DNA from: Octopus vulgaris
Taxonomy: Eukaryota
Reading direction: 5' to 3'
DNA length: 64,000 nucleotides
NCBI GenBank assembly: GCA_951406725.2
Contig: OX597831.1
Coordinates: 50,034,001-50,098,000 of the forward strand
The notes under the pieces are model-generated. The model was not told the DNA's origin, searched no databases, and saw only the letters and a program-made list of their open reading frames with translations. A program made the position numbers and the translations under genes. Positions 37,279 to 51,262 of the stretch are shown piece after piece. Within the stretch, counting starts at the first letter, position 1; each line of letters opens with the position of its first letter.

Positions 37279-38585
37279 ATTAAAAATAAGATTCAATAGT
37301 CATGTATCTGTTTAAATTAGGATTTAAAGTGGACAAAACAAAATCAACCAGACATAATACATAATTAGTAATACATGATTAGTATTGTGTATTTAACAAT
37401 GTCATTTAGGATAGCTTATTAACAGAAATATAATCAAGAAAAAAATATCATCCGGTGTGTATGTTTCATTTGCTTGCATTTTGATTTCGAATTCGGCAGG
37501 AATCAACTTTATTTTTCATGCTTTCGAAATAAAATAAATAACGTAGGAGTGAAATAACGGTTTCATTATAGTCAACTGTGCTCCTAACTAAAATTTGAAG
37601 CTTTGAGCCACATGACAGTAAAAAAAATTTAAAACTCGTGCATTATTTATTTGTGTAGATATAAACATGTAAAAATGAAAGGAGATGAGAGAGCTAATTC
37701 TAAAATTGCTTACGAAAGAATTTGAAAAAAATTAATGGAAGAATATGTTAACACAAATATACAAGCCATTAATGGAGACGAAATGCACGAATTCTGGACG
37801 CGAACGCTTGCAAGCAGCCACATTTCAAAAGAAAGGAAAATAGAACGAATGAAATTAAATCTCGGTTAAAGTCAACTTTTCCAAGTACCAGTGTAGCTAA
37901 CTTTAGTGTTTGTAGATTATTGAAGTTAAGACCGATGCCTGTGCATCTTAAGTAAAATCAAAAGCTTAATGTAACACTTTAAGAGCAACTTTTCCAGTCA
38001 TACATTACGAAAGTAGAACTGCTGAATCTTGCATATAGAAATAAGTCTAAAATGCATGAGTTACTACATCATCCTGTGGAGATAGTTTTACGTATCATTT
38101 TCAACCTGAGTCCACTTCATTAAGTGAAATCTGTTCGTAGATAATGCACATGTCTTACACAACATTTTAAATATTGGTTTAAGCCCGTACTGGTAAATGC
38201 AAGGTTATTTTTGCAAATAATGGAACGAAGGACTATTGCAATAAAGTAAGAAAATTATCTTCACTGCAGTCAATAAATGCTATTGACAAGAAATCAGACC
38301 AAACACGGAAATAGTTTTGGAAACTTATTCAATTTGCTAGGTATAGTAAAAATAATATAAGAAGCCTGGAATGTATTACTGAGAAAAATTTGAAAGATAT
38401 TGGGAACAAATTTTGTTCTCAAAATGATTCATAAATATAGTATTTAATATTCACCAAACATATCCTACCCTACCTGGTGCATATCTTTTCAACTACCTGA
38501 TTCTATTTGAATCCTAATTTCACTATATAAATATATATACACACACACACATACAAACACACATATATGTATTTATATATATATA

Positions 38586-39320
38586 CAGTGTGCGATGGGT
38601 TACGGTTACGGTTCCATTCAGCACTTAAAGAAGGAGATCGTCCAGAAGCGGTGCAGGAGATTCCGAAGTCGTTTGGAGGCCGTGGTTGAAGCCAATGGCG
38701 ATTTTATTAAATAAATTTACTCTTCAGTATTTCAAAATATTTTGGTAATATATGTTAAAATGAGATGTCAGTACTATTTTCATTTTAACGTAATTTAGAC
38801 GACAATATATTCACCGAACCATGTATATATGTATGCATGACTGCACCTTGTGTGTGTATATTTTTATATATTCCTTGCCTTCAGTTTATCTTTGGTGTTA
38901 CAAGGAATTTTGTTGGTCTCTCGACTAACTGCACCCCGCACGTAATAATCAAGGAGGTTGCAGTCAGAGGTGTTAGGTGGCTAGATGTTATGGGTGATAT
39001 GGTGGCAGAAAGAAATTACCTGGCAGCTATGACTGGGTCCTCCTGCTTGTATGACATGGTGCAGAGTCCTGTTGGCAAACATAAGGTCTTCCAGCAGCCA
39101 CCCTGTTGACCCTGGGCAGCTCTACCTCCTCCAGGAACTTGATGTAGGCTTCCATGTTGAATCTGAAGGCTTGTGGGACGCTGAATGGAGGCATAACGTC
39201 GCCATCACTAGTGATCACTCGAAACACCATGATGTTTACTAGATGTTCGATTAGTTTTCACTCTCGGTACATATTCTCAGATTGCACTATCCTCAGATTA
39301 ACACCCAAACATTGTGAAAT
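38586..39320. mobile_element. Rearranged maT/DD37D-like transposon remnant
   Basis: Minus strand: MVF.VITSDGDVMPP...QQDSAPCHTSRRTQ...PPNTSDCNLLDYY. Plus strand 38630-38713: C-terminus CRRFRSRLEAVVEANGDFIK*. Confidence 0.8.
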
Positions 39321-39357
39321 GCATGCATGTATGTATGTATGTATGTATGTATGTATG

Positions 39358-39388
<31 letters not shown>

Positions 39389-39409
39389 GTATGCGTGCTT
39401 GTATATATA

Positions 39410-40545
39410 CGAAGTGCTAGCAGAAAGCAACAGGACTAGTTACGTTTAATAAAAAAAAACTTAATTACCTAAATTTTCACACAATCTCCTTCGAAATAGT
39501 CACCTTGCGTAGCAATACACCTGTCTCAGCGTTTATGTCACTTTTGCAATCCTGCCAATAAACGATTTCTATAAGCCAATCAAGGACATTCTGCGATTTT
39601 TTTTTGGATTTGGACAACGGTGTTAAAACTGCGACCTTTGAGCTGCAGTTTCCTCTTGGGAAAGAGATGGAAGTCCGCAGGTACTAAATGTGGGAAATAA
39701 GGCGGGTACAAAAGCGATACTATGTTGTTTCTGGCGAGATCGCGGTGACAGGGTGCAGATCTCAGACATGTGTGAGATCTCGGTGAAAGGGTGCATTGTC
39801 GTAAAGAATACATTTCTTCGCGCACCGCACATCTGGTCGCTTTTGCTGATTGTCCTCCCTCATACGTTTCCTAACGTAGCAGTAGAACACTCGATTGACG
39901 CTCTGCTTTTGGGGAAATATTTCTCGATGCACAACACCACGGATGTCAAAAAAATTGATGAACATGCTCTCTTGATTGAGCTGCGGCAATGTCGTGTCTT
40001 ATTCGGACTTGGAGACGAAAGCCTCTTCTATTGTGACAACTGCTGCTTCACCTTAGAGTCGTGCCCGTAGTCCCAACACTCATCACAAGTGACAATTCTC
40101 GACGTGAAGAATGAGTCATCAGCGGCACGCTGACGGAGATCTTAATAGATTTTCACGCGATGTTCTTTCTGTTCAGTAGTCAACAGGCGGGGGAGAAACT
40201 CGGCAGAGCCTCGTCGCATGTTCGATTCAGGCGTTGGGATTGGCTGCACGGACCTATACGACAGACCAACAACATCAGCAATGTCGCTGATTGTCCTTCA
40301 ACACTCCTCATGCCCAAGATGATGAATAATCTCCACATTTTGGTGGATGACGCGCGTGGCAGGTCTTCCAGTTTGTACATTGTCTTCCAGGGATGTTATT
40401 TCACTTTTGAAGCACCCGTGCCAAATCAAATCGCTGGACCCATTTCCTCGTTGCTGTAAACATGCCTCTGTACAAGACATCTGAAGTTTAACGCAAAATT
40501 TCACATTGACGCTTTGTTAAGAACTTCCTGATATCACCTTACATA
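39410..40545 (-). mobile_element. Decayed mariner (DD34D)
   Basis: Fragments KFCVKL, FFDIRGVVHRE, YDNAPFH and YPPYFPHLVPADFHLFPK.KLQLKGR.F. TIRs are poorly preserved. Confidence 0.85.
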
Positions 40546-40589
40546 TATGCATACATACATCTATACATACATACATACATACATACACA

Positions 40590-41160
40590 ACTACATTTGG
40601 GAGAGAGAAGGGAAACTGTGCACAGTTGTCGAAATTAGCTGCCCAGCGGATGTTAACATAAAGCTGAAGATCAGTGAAAAAGAGAACACCTCTTTTGAAC
40701 TATTGAGAAATCAGCAGTTACTCTATCCAGATTACAAGTTCAGGTTTATACCTGTAATTATTGGAGCCCTGGGATATGTAACACACTGCCTAAATACCAA
40801 TCTTGAGAAATTGGGCTTCTCAAAATCAGAAAGGAGAAAGCTAATTCGAAGACTACAGATCCAATCCGTCGCTGGAACTGTAAAAGTCTGTAAAACTTTC
40901 CAAAAGTTTATAATTTAAATATATATGAGCATGCCTAAAATATGCAATTATATGCATGAGAATACATACATAAAACATACAAATTTGCATATACATACAT
41001 ACGTACATACATACATACATACATACACACATACGTACTTATATGCAAACAAAAATAACCTGTTGTTGATGTTGAAATTCCAATGAAGGAACCTTGGATG
41101 TAGGTTAGAAACCGGTTCTTTCTCTTTTGGCAAGAAATCTTGATATAAACTGAATGATAA
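40590..41160 (+). mobile_element. 3' end of an R4-clade LINE (RLE domain plus 3' UTR) inserted in (CATA)n
   Basis: WEREGKLCTVVEISCPAD....K..EKE...PVIIGALG...GTVKVCKTF*. (CATA)n lies on both flanks. Confidence 0.85.
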
Positions 41161-41817
41161 CATACATACATACATACATACATACATACATACATGCATG
41201 CATACATACATACATACATACATACATACATACATACATACATACAGAGTAAGTTGAAATCTTGTGAGTTTGGAACGACGAGTGTTCAGCGTAGTTTCCA
41301 CAGGCCTCCTTACGTAATATATTAAATTAGATACATTCTTACGTTGGAAGTTATACTACACTTTCACGTAATTTTAACTAATTGCCTACACAACTTTGAA
41401 ATACAATTATATATTATGCAGACAATCATATAGGCTGTCAGCAGACGGCATCTTCAGAGATTTCGAATAAATAAAAGAAACACACTATTTTCTTTATATC
41501 ATCTAAATCTGTTTCATAAACTTGCAGGAAAATCGAACTGAAGTAATAGCTAACGGAATACATGACTCACTATTGACATTTCAATCGCTTGCTTCATGCA
41601 AAATTATATACTTGTATTTTTATCTATTTACTTTTTATATGGGATTTCCTTTAACTAAAGCTACTTAAGATTATTACTTGTGTAATGTCAATTTAAACAA
41701 TCGGGAATATAGAGGAGCTAGCTCTCAACTTCTAATGTGTGTAGACATTGGCTTTCTCTTCTTTTCGTTTGTGTATTCAGTCTCTTTACTATGAATTCGT
41801 GTGTATTGGCTTGCTGT

Positions 41818-42345
41818 CATCGTCTTCTTCTTCTTCTTCTTCTTCTTCTTCTTCTTCTTCTTCTTCTTGGTTCCGTTATTAAGTCATTCTCCTTTTCGAT
41901 CTTCTATCGGTTCTACGTGATTTCTTCGCTTTCATTGTTGTCAACGACGTCGTAGTCGCCGCCACCATCATCATCCTCATCGCCATCATCACCATCGTCG
42001 CCAACGACACCGTTGCCGCCATCGTGAACGTCTCCTTCAATTCTTTCGTTTCCGCCAATCATCATCAACATCATCGTCTTCTTCACCATCCCCACCATCA
42101 CTACCACAACCACCACTATAACCATAATCATCATCATCATCATCATCCTCACAACCACCATTATCACAGCCACCATCACCACCACCAGTATTATCAACAT
42201 CATCATCATCATCACCATTAACACTACGATCACAAACATAATCAAGATGTTCAACAGTAACAACAGCATCGTAATTCCTCCACCTCCCCATCGTCGTCGT
42301 CGTCGACGTCTTCATCATCATCATCACCATCGCCATCATGATTAT
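41818..42345. repeat. (CTT)n and degenerate (CAT/CAC/CGT)n trinucleotide low-complexity tract
   Basis: Seen directly. Confidence 0.9.
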
Positions 42346-42954
42346 CTTTTACCATGTTTCCTGTTTTCGATTAATTTCTTTTTCTTTTTTTTCAAATAGT
42401 CCATCGGGATAATTAAGACTATTTAAACGATTGATATCTTTCTAGAACGACTTCGTTTTCGTGTTTGAGTTAAATAATCGATACCTATTTATCCTTCATC
42501 AATAATTTATAATTGATCACCATTAGATTCATAACCTTTGAATTTTCTTGTGTTTGAGAGAAGAAACAATGTGTTTTGACTTACGTTGTTATCCAGACAA
42601 AGAAGGGTTTTTTCTACAACTTGAGGTATGGCAATTACCTTCATTTAGTAAGTAAAGGAAGCAGTCACTTATCGACGACGGATATATTTTTCTAAACGTT
42701 TTCTTCCGTCGCTTGTCTTCATTTAGTACATCACAACTACAGTCGGTCCATCAACACACCAAGCTATACTTGAATTATTTACCGATGCGGGATATATGGG
42801 CACAAACATGGGTATGTGATTAAGACGTTCGATTCGCAACCACGTGATTTCGAGTTTACTTAGATTGTGTTGGACTTTTAGTAAGTATTATATTTCCGAA
42901 CTTCACACAGTCGTGGGAGTGAATTATATAAACAAAAACTTTATGGAACATGTC

Positions 42955-43006
<52 letters not shown>

Positions 43007-43284
43007 TTTATCAATTCAGTCAATTAAACCCAACAGTTGATACCTCTAGTGGGTGTACCGGATGATCTGTTGACTTCAGAATTCATTGAAGAGAGTCATG
43101 CTTACATGAGATCAAACTAAGGAATGTATTACCATGATATCTGCTGAATGAATAACAAAATAAATCCAACATCACCACACGCATCTCCATCCTTTTAAAT
43201 TTGCTTTTGCAGTTGAAGTATGTCACAAACATATGTTAACTAACTTTAATTTCCTTTTCTATTTACATTAAAGCGATTAAATCT

Positions 43285-43455
43285 ACAAGTTTTTTTTATT
43301 ATTCTGCCTCTAATTATTTCCTCGTGTTCCTTTCTGTTAAGGAGCGTAGTTTCGAAACGTAAAAGACTTTCTCACCCTCCCGAGCGTCAAACTAATACAC
43401 CTTCTTTTTGCTTATACACTTGTCCTCGTCTTTTGTTTTTCTGTAAATTTCAACT
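43285..43455 (+). mobile_element. Family B repeat with degraded hammerhead variant (43330-43365)
   Basis: cttt-CTGTTAA-g-gagc gtag tttc-GAAA-CG-TA-aaag. Flanks are homologous to 63372-63600. Confidence 0.7.
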
Positions 43456-43469
43456 ATATATATATATAA

Positions 43470-43702
43470 AACAAATGCAGCGTGGAAGGTGTTTATAAGC
43501 CATTTAAGAAACACACAAAAACCGTTAGATTCACTTCAACATTTAAATATTTTGTCAAAGTAAAATTAAAATTTAAATGGTGAAGTGAATCTAACGGCTT
43601 TTGTGTGTTTTTTAATCGCTTATAAACACCTTCCACCCTGCAGTTGTTTTTGTTTCACCATACGATTTCAGATCCAGTCACTTGGTATACAGGTACATAC
43701 CC

Positions 43703-43704
<2 letters not shown>
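43470..43704. mobile_element. Second copy of the 23091 fold-back element with the centre (both hammerheads) deleted
   Basis: Arms about 43470-43547 and 43572-43648 with the same unique tail, flanked by (TA)n. Confidence 0.9.
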
Positions 43705-43793
<89 letters not shown>

Positions 43794-44341
43794 GCATTAC
43801 ATACTAAAGGCATGCATATCTGTGAAAGGTCAGAGTCTGCAGAGATTACTCTGGAAGAGTTTCCTTAAAAAACAAAATACATTTTAGACCTTGGACGAAA
43901 TGATATTGTTTCCAAAAGAAGTGCGATCGTGACTGATGCATATTTCGCCGTCTTTCAGGCTTTTCAACATCACGCAGTCGATTAACCTTCAACAGGAATT
44001 CAGCACGACGTGTATGAAGTATATAGAATCAGTGAATAAGGAATAGCCAATAACGACACAAACCTGCTGCTATCATGGAGAAATTTCAGACTATGCAACA
44101 GAAGCTGCTCTCTATTTAATTTTTTTCTGTATGTGTATATCATTGAAAAATCTTTCTCCGAGACGCCTCCTGAAGCCTCTGACTATTCAGAAACAGACAT
44201 GCCTTACGTGTATCATACAGATAAATATCTTAATTTAGAACTGATTCTGTTGCATAATTTGAATATACATACATGCATACATACATTCATGCATATATTT
44301 ACATACCTACACACACATGTGCCAACATATATATGCATATA

Positions 44342-44410
<69 letters not shown>

Positions 44411-44518
44411 TTTATTTAAAAGCAGCAGAAATTCAACAAAACAATAAAGCATATTACTCTACCCCTGGTATTTGAGTACTCTTTTTACCACCTTGTTCCA
44501 CATTTATGTGTTTACTCC

Positions 44519-44590
<72 letters not shown>

Positions 44591-44608
44591 GGTAGGTAGG
44601 TAGGTAGG

Positions 44609-44676
<68 letters not shown>

Positions 44677-44946
44677 GTCGTAACGCACATCCGCACATTC
44701 TAGTACTCGACAATTGTATGTAGATTTATGGAATATATGCTTACGAATTGAAAAATGCTGGAAAATATTAAGAAAATGTTAAAAACAGTTTACAAGGAAA
44801 AATCTTGAGAAAATATCAAAAAGTTCATTAAAAATATTAGGATTTCATTAAAAATCATGTTTGTTTGGAAGTATCTATATATATACACAAAAAATTATAA
44901 GTTCAAAAAGGTCATATTTTGGTGATATATATATATATTTTGGTGA

Positions 44947-44984
<38 letters not shown>

Positions 44985-44989
44985 CACAG

Positions 44990-47900
44990 AAGGAGATATA
45001 TTTAGGAGTTTACAAAGAATTTGAGTTGAACTGACCTGTTTCACCATTTTATCATAAAAGGCTATTTACTATTTTTACGGACAATGTGTGGGAGGTTGGT
45101 TTCGGTGGGAGGAAAGAAGAGCAATGTGGAATTGAAAGGATATTTTGTTTCTCTTTCAAGGTTCAGTGGTTTTGGGGATTGGTCTCCGAGGTCATAATGG
45201 TGTGAGTGTGTGTACCTGTGTGTGTGTGTGTGTATATACATGTGTTTGTATGTGGGGGCCGTTTTTGATTGGTCTCAGGGTTTATTATGGTGTATGTAAA
45301 TGTGTCTGTGTGTGTTTAATATTTGGTAGAATGGTGTGTGTATATGAGGTGTAGTATTCCGTTTTCTTTCCCTTAGTGTTTTAATGCCTATTTTCTTGGT
45401 ACATTTAATTCCATCATCTATATAAGTGAGAATGGACAGTATCTCTCGGTTAGTGTTGTTTGGGAGTTTTGAAGACGGGGTACCGCGTACTTCCATCAGA
45501 TACAAGCGTGCAAATCCTTTTCGCTCAATTGAAGGGAATATTTTTTATGTGTTTCGGGTGGCATGAGCTAAACAAGATATTGACCCGAGTCTGTTGGTTT
45601 ATGACAAATGTCGGTGAAAATTTGATTGCTGACTTTTTTATCAGAATATCTAAGAAAGGGAATTGTTTTTTTTTTTGTATATTCCAGTGTAAACTGAATT
45701 TTTGTGTTTATACTTTTTAGTACTGATTTAAGTTCCAAAAGGTTATCAGTAGTCTCATTCCAAATGATAAAGCAGTCATCCAGATATCTTTTCCAGTTCT
45801 CTCTTATCCATACTTTTGAAGTGACACTTCATATATGGGGAATTCAAAATACTCCATTATTAGGTTCGCAAGGGGCTGGTTTCGTTTCCATCGTAATTCA
45901 TCATATTTGTCGGTAGTAGGTGTCATCAAATAGGAAATAATTGTTCTGAGGTATAAAATTTAAATTTTCAATAATAAAAACGTGGTTTATGCGTTCTGGA
46001 AGTTCTGCGGAGTACTTTTCCAGCCAAAATGGTATTGCTTCTATTCCATAATCGTGTAAAGATTAATAACATCGAAAGAAACCATGCGTTTTTCTTCATT
46101 ACTTGCTTTTGGTAGGTGGTTTAGCATATGTTGATCGTCTCTAATGGAACTTTTGGTGTATTTTAATAATGGATTCAGTAGGAAGTCTTGAAAAATTCTT
46201 AGGCTGTGGGTTTCAGAGTTTGGGCCAGCTATAATGGGTCATAACTTTAAATCTTCTGGCGCTAGGATATTTATGTATGTGCCTGGTGATTGTTTGGAGG
46301 CTTCATTAATTCTGTGGCTGTTGTGTATTTTTAAGCCGTAGAAAAGATTTGGTTTACATTTGAAATTCGTGATACAATCTATTTCTTTTTTTTTTCTGGA
46401 TTTTTCCATGTAGATAAATTAGGGATGCAAGATTTTTCATTGTTTTTTTGTTGTTTATAGTTTACAACTTTTTCGCAGAAGGTATCGTTTTTTTAGCATG
46501 GATAATACTAGTTTTTTTTTAGCATTCTGTTTCCATCCTTTGTTTGTTTCGCTGATTGTCAGTTCGTCGTTTTGCAGCTCAGATTTTTCCATTCTAAAGT
46601 TTTGAGTTTGAATTAATTTTCCGCTTATGGACAGTATTTAGGAAATTTTGGGTATGGTGGCAGAAGTAATCTAGTGTTTTATTCCTACCCTTAGACGGAA
46701 GATAAGTGCTTCTGTTTTTAACCAGTTAGTGTCTCTGTAAGTCATAGTTTTCTGCAGAATTCCAAAATATTGCCTTTAATTTCATTCTGGTTAGATCTTT
46801 ATGGGGGTAAATTTTCATCCGTTAGTAAGTATACTGATTTTGTTGTAGAGGGTTTACTTTGATAAATTTATTACTTTGGGTGTCTCCTGTATATTTTGCT
46901 CCACTTTGTGTCCCTATTTCTCCCCACTCGGTCTAAAAATGTTTACAGTAATTTCGCGGGTAGAAATTGTCAGTCTTATTAATCATATTTAACTTGCTAG
47001 AGGGCTGGTTTTTCTGTCTGGGTAAATCGGTTTGATTTACATGGTTCGAGCTTCTTCGTTGGTATAAATTGCCAGTGTTATTAACTATATTTGAAATGAT
47101 GGTAGGATTCCTGCCTAGGTAAATATATTGGAATTCCGTGGGTCGAGTGTTTCTTTGCGAAGAGACAGAAGTAGTCCCATGGCTGTTTCTAATCGTTGGA
47201 GAGAAACAATTACTCCTAATTTTAAGTTGGTTTCTTCTAGTATTTATTTGTGAATTGCCCATATTCCTGCTTTGAGAACGGTTTACTTCCAAGTAAGAAA
47301 TTACTTTTGTGTGTTTGTTCTCTTTTAGATGGTTATTGTTTGATCTAGTTGGATGTTTATTTATTTCTGAATATGTATTTGTTCTAGATTTTTTTCAGGA
47401 AGGGGGTTATCTGAACTGTATTCTCTTTTAAACTGAGTTTGTTGAAGGGGATTTATTTCTACTGGCTCACAGCTTTCTTTACGTACTTTGCTAACACATT
47501 CGGAAAGATGTTCATCAGCATATTTAGTGAGTTTGCTATGCATTTCTTCATCGATGGATTTATATTTTTGCCCGTTATTCGATGCTCAAAGTTTAAGTAA
47601 CTCAATTTCTATTATCATTTTCGCTAGCGCTAAGTTCTCTATAAATTGTCGTTGTTGTTTGGGCTCTTCCGGGATTGGTTTGATTGGTACTTTGCGAGGG
47701 GTTTCATCCATTTATCATATATTTCTTCCTTATATCATTTTTTATCATGTCCCAAAAACCTAAATTTTACTAGTGTTTAAGTTTTTAGTCCAAATATGGC
47801 CAATGCAGCTTTTAATTAAATGTGTTGACATTGGTATATTTTCAGTATGGGTTTGGTATTTTGGTGATGTTTCTTTTTCAAAATTGTTTGAAAAAAATGA

Positions 47901-48400
47901 GTGCAATGTTGTGCATAGTTCGTTTAAATTTTGACTAAGCTTCTCTGTAGATGGTCATCTCTGCTCATTTTCAGTTGCTTCTCAAACACAATATGTACAG
48001 TATGTCCTCGTTGGTAATTTTATCCGGTGTATCTCTGAGAGGTTTCGGTGGCATTTTCCGTTCCACGTGTGGTAAATAGTAGTGAGAAAAGGGAGGAAGA
48101 AAAGTTCGATTAAACTCACGTAATGAGTTGTAATGCAAAAAAAAAAATACATATAATATAAAATAAGGAAATAACCAACTTTGGCCTCAGTATATATTTT
48201 AATTCATGATCACATATCCATTACTACATATTTCTTCTCGCTACTATATTTCATGAGATTTTGTTATGTTTATTTATCCCAAACAAAAAGGGATCAATTA
48301 CCTCCCCTGTCCCGAATAATAACTATCATCCTTAGACGTTTCTACTTGTTGATTCATTGACAAACTTTCATACAAGAACATGGAATGAAAGCTTTTAAGG
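44990..48400 (-). mobile_element. Large decayed Penelope-like retroelement (RT at about 45400-46500)
   Basis: Manual translation gives PIIAGPNSETHSL, IRDD..MLNHLP...MVSFDV.NL, NNYFLFDDTYYRQ, WKRYLDDCFIIW, FLDILI and HPKHIKKNIPFN.AKRICTLVSD, with many stops and frameshifts. Outer limits are approximate. Confidence 0.85.
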
Positions 48401-48789
48401 AAGTATATACTTATGCATATATGTTTATATATATATATATATTATAATAATATTAGGTAGTAAATACAAACTTACAGGGAAAATTAGATTTAGGATTAAA
48501 TCTAATTTTATAGTATAAAATATATATATATATATTATATTAAATTAGAGACAAAACCACTATTAGGCAAATCAAACAGTGAAAATCATAAACAAATACA
48601 TAGAAATAAAAATTAATAAAAAATATATAAAATATAAAATTCAAAATTTTAAGTACTTAAATTAAACTTAAAATTTAAAAAACTATTTAAATTAATAATT
48701 TATACTTATAAATTTTTAAATATATATATATTTTATTATTATTTCATTTATTTATTAATTTAAAAAAAAATATAACTATTTGTCTCTAA

Positions 48790-48851
<62 letters not shown>

Positions 48852-50733
48852 TTATGTAGATGTATATGGATATATAACATTCATATGAAGAAGTGAGAGT
48901 GTATATGTAAACACATATACAAACATGCACACGTGCGCTTGCATACAGACACTTGCACACTCACACATATGTATATATCGATCTACTACCAGAACCATTT
49001 CGGAACGGAAATCGGCAATATATGTTACACGGTGATGAATATTTACTTGTGAAAAATGAAAAGCTTTGAAAGTGGAAACTTGTACAATAGGAAGACAACG
49101 TTCGAGTATTCACATGAGACATACGATAGGATGGAGATGATAGAAAAATATTGGGAACTCGCCCACATCGTTCTTCCACGGTTTAACACTGATTAGCAAA
49201 CATTCGATCAACGCATACTAGTTCTAACCCCCGGCCATTCGTTTTGTCTAAGCACGATCAACTGAGGAACACATTATCGGACATGGCCCTATATTTCTAA
49301 AACCGATATTATTTGAGAGGTATTAAACTTATATTTCTAGCAGTTATAGTGAACACGTATTGTTACCTTCATTGCAAGCATTTCATGTTAGTGAAAGATG
49401 ATGATGGATGCAAGAACAACGTTTCGTAGGTCAAAGACGATGCATTCATAAAAGTTCAGTCAAATTATTTCCACTAAATATATATAGATTCACAGCATGT
49501 GAATAAATATTTGTGGTGATCAAATCTTTATTGTTTTCGAGTGAATATAACAACAAATGTGGTGAACGTTACTTTCTTTGCGAACGTCGCTGCGACGAAT
49601 TATACGTTTCTGCGTCCAATAAAATAGAACACTCTTCTTTCAATATATATTACTGTTTTCTTCCTTATGTTTACTCATATGTGTTTACATATCTCTCCGC
49701 CATTCCCTTCACTCTTCATACACACAGCCACACCACTATATATGCACATGTAACTCATATATATATATATATATATATGCATGAACTGGTCTCCGCTCTA
49801 TGTTTATGATTACTAACGGTACAGTCAGTATGTTACACTTGATCAATATTTGACTTCAATCATTCTGCCACCTTACTTGGGCTGAATTAATTTCATGGAA
49901 TCAGCAACACGATATTGCCATTTTCTTTACACTGCGTTCTTGCACATATTGAGTAGTGTCTTTTGTCATATAAGATAGCCAAACTTACATGTCAATATCA
50001 TTAAACATAACGATATTTATCAAGAATTATAATCACTTGTTCGTGACTCTTCTTAAACGAATGTATAATGTGAGGCCTCTTCTTCTGACTACAGGTTTTG
50101 CCTTATAGTTTTATAACTATTTTTTGTTTTTTACCGATACGATTATTTCCGGTTTGAGCCTATGTACATTCGGTACATTTGTTTACCTTTGCGTTTGATT
50201 TATTAGTTCTTATCATGATAAATTTCATGAATAACTTTCTTACATTTAAATGTAAATTAATTGTTGAAGTATATTGGCCATTTATCAATGTCACTGGTAT
50301 CTTTCTTATTCATATGAAAATAATTGTTTAGGTTGCACGCTGTCCAAGGAATTTCAGCATGAAAGTAGTAAACATTCGCTACGCGACCATGATATAAAAA
50401 CTCCAAGTAATAAACGGTAATATATGACAATTTTGAATTTCTGTGCACTTAATGAGCTTGATTATTGTTGTAGCTGATATTAAGAAGTAGACCAAATTTA
50501 CTTTAAGTGTGGCTGATGAAAGAAAACTAAAAAAAAAAAATACAAATATAATACTTGAAGTGCTACTGTCACTTTTTAATAAAATAGCGCTGTTGATGTA
50601 AACCATAGATGTTTGAGACTCGGTGTTTGATTGGTGTCCGTTGCGGTGTTGGTGACAGCACTGGTGTCAGTGGTGATGTCACATTTGGTATTTATTAGTG
50701 ATTTGTAATATCCTGTTAGTGTTGCTATGAGGT

Positions 50734-50784
50734 TAACCTCATATGTAAACCTCATATGTAAACCTCATGTGTAAACTCATCTGT
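50734..50784. repeat. 13-bp minisatellite (aaacctcatatgt, about 4 units)
   Basis: Seen directly. Confidence 0.85.
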
Positions 50785-50976
50785 CACGACTGGTGTGTTG
50801 TCACTAACGATGCGAGCAATCAGACGGATATCTAAGTATTGTGTTTTTATGTATGCGTATGAAATGTTTCTATACATATGTGCGTATCGTATTTGTGTAA
50901 GGCTACCTATTTGTTACCAGTGGCAAACCCTTTTAATACCGGGCGGATTTTGAAAGTTCACTATATATGCGACTAC

Positions 50977-51040
<64 letters not shown>

Positions 51041-51042
<2 letters not shown>

Positions 51043-51240
51043 GTATTGAGAAGAGCATTGTCGATGTGAGAACTGTTGCTGCTCATGTATTTTAATTTAA
51101 CTTAAAAAAAAAAAAAATGAACGAACTACTGAGTTTGGTTTAATGGCCTACCAATGTATACTATGAGTTTCTTTGCCCTAGGAGTCGGGAAGACACTCGG
51201 CAAGAAATGGAAGCAAATTTGAAAGAAGAAAAAAAAAGTA
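51041..51240 (+). mobile_element. R4/Dong-like LINE extreme 3' end (…VLRRALSM* plus UTR)
   Basis: Lies between (TAA)n tracts and matches 2788-2960. Confidence 0.75.
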
Positions 51241-51262
51241 ATAATAATAATAATAATAATAA

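Noticed and set aside
41913-42339. His-rich or Asp-rich protein
   Set aside because: Degenerate trinucleotide repeat that is open in several frames on both strands.
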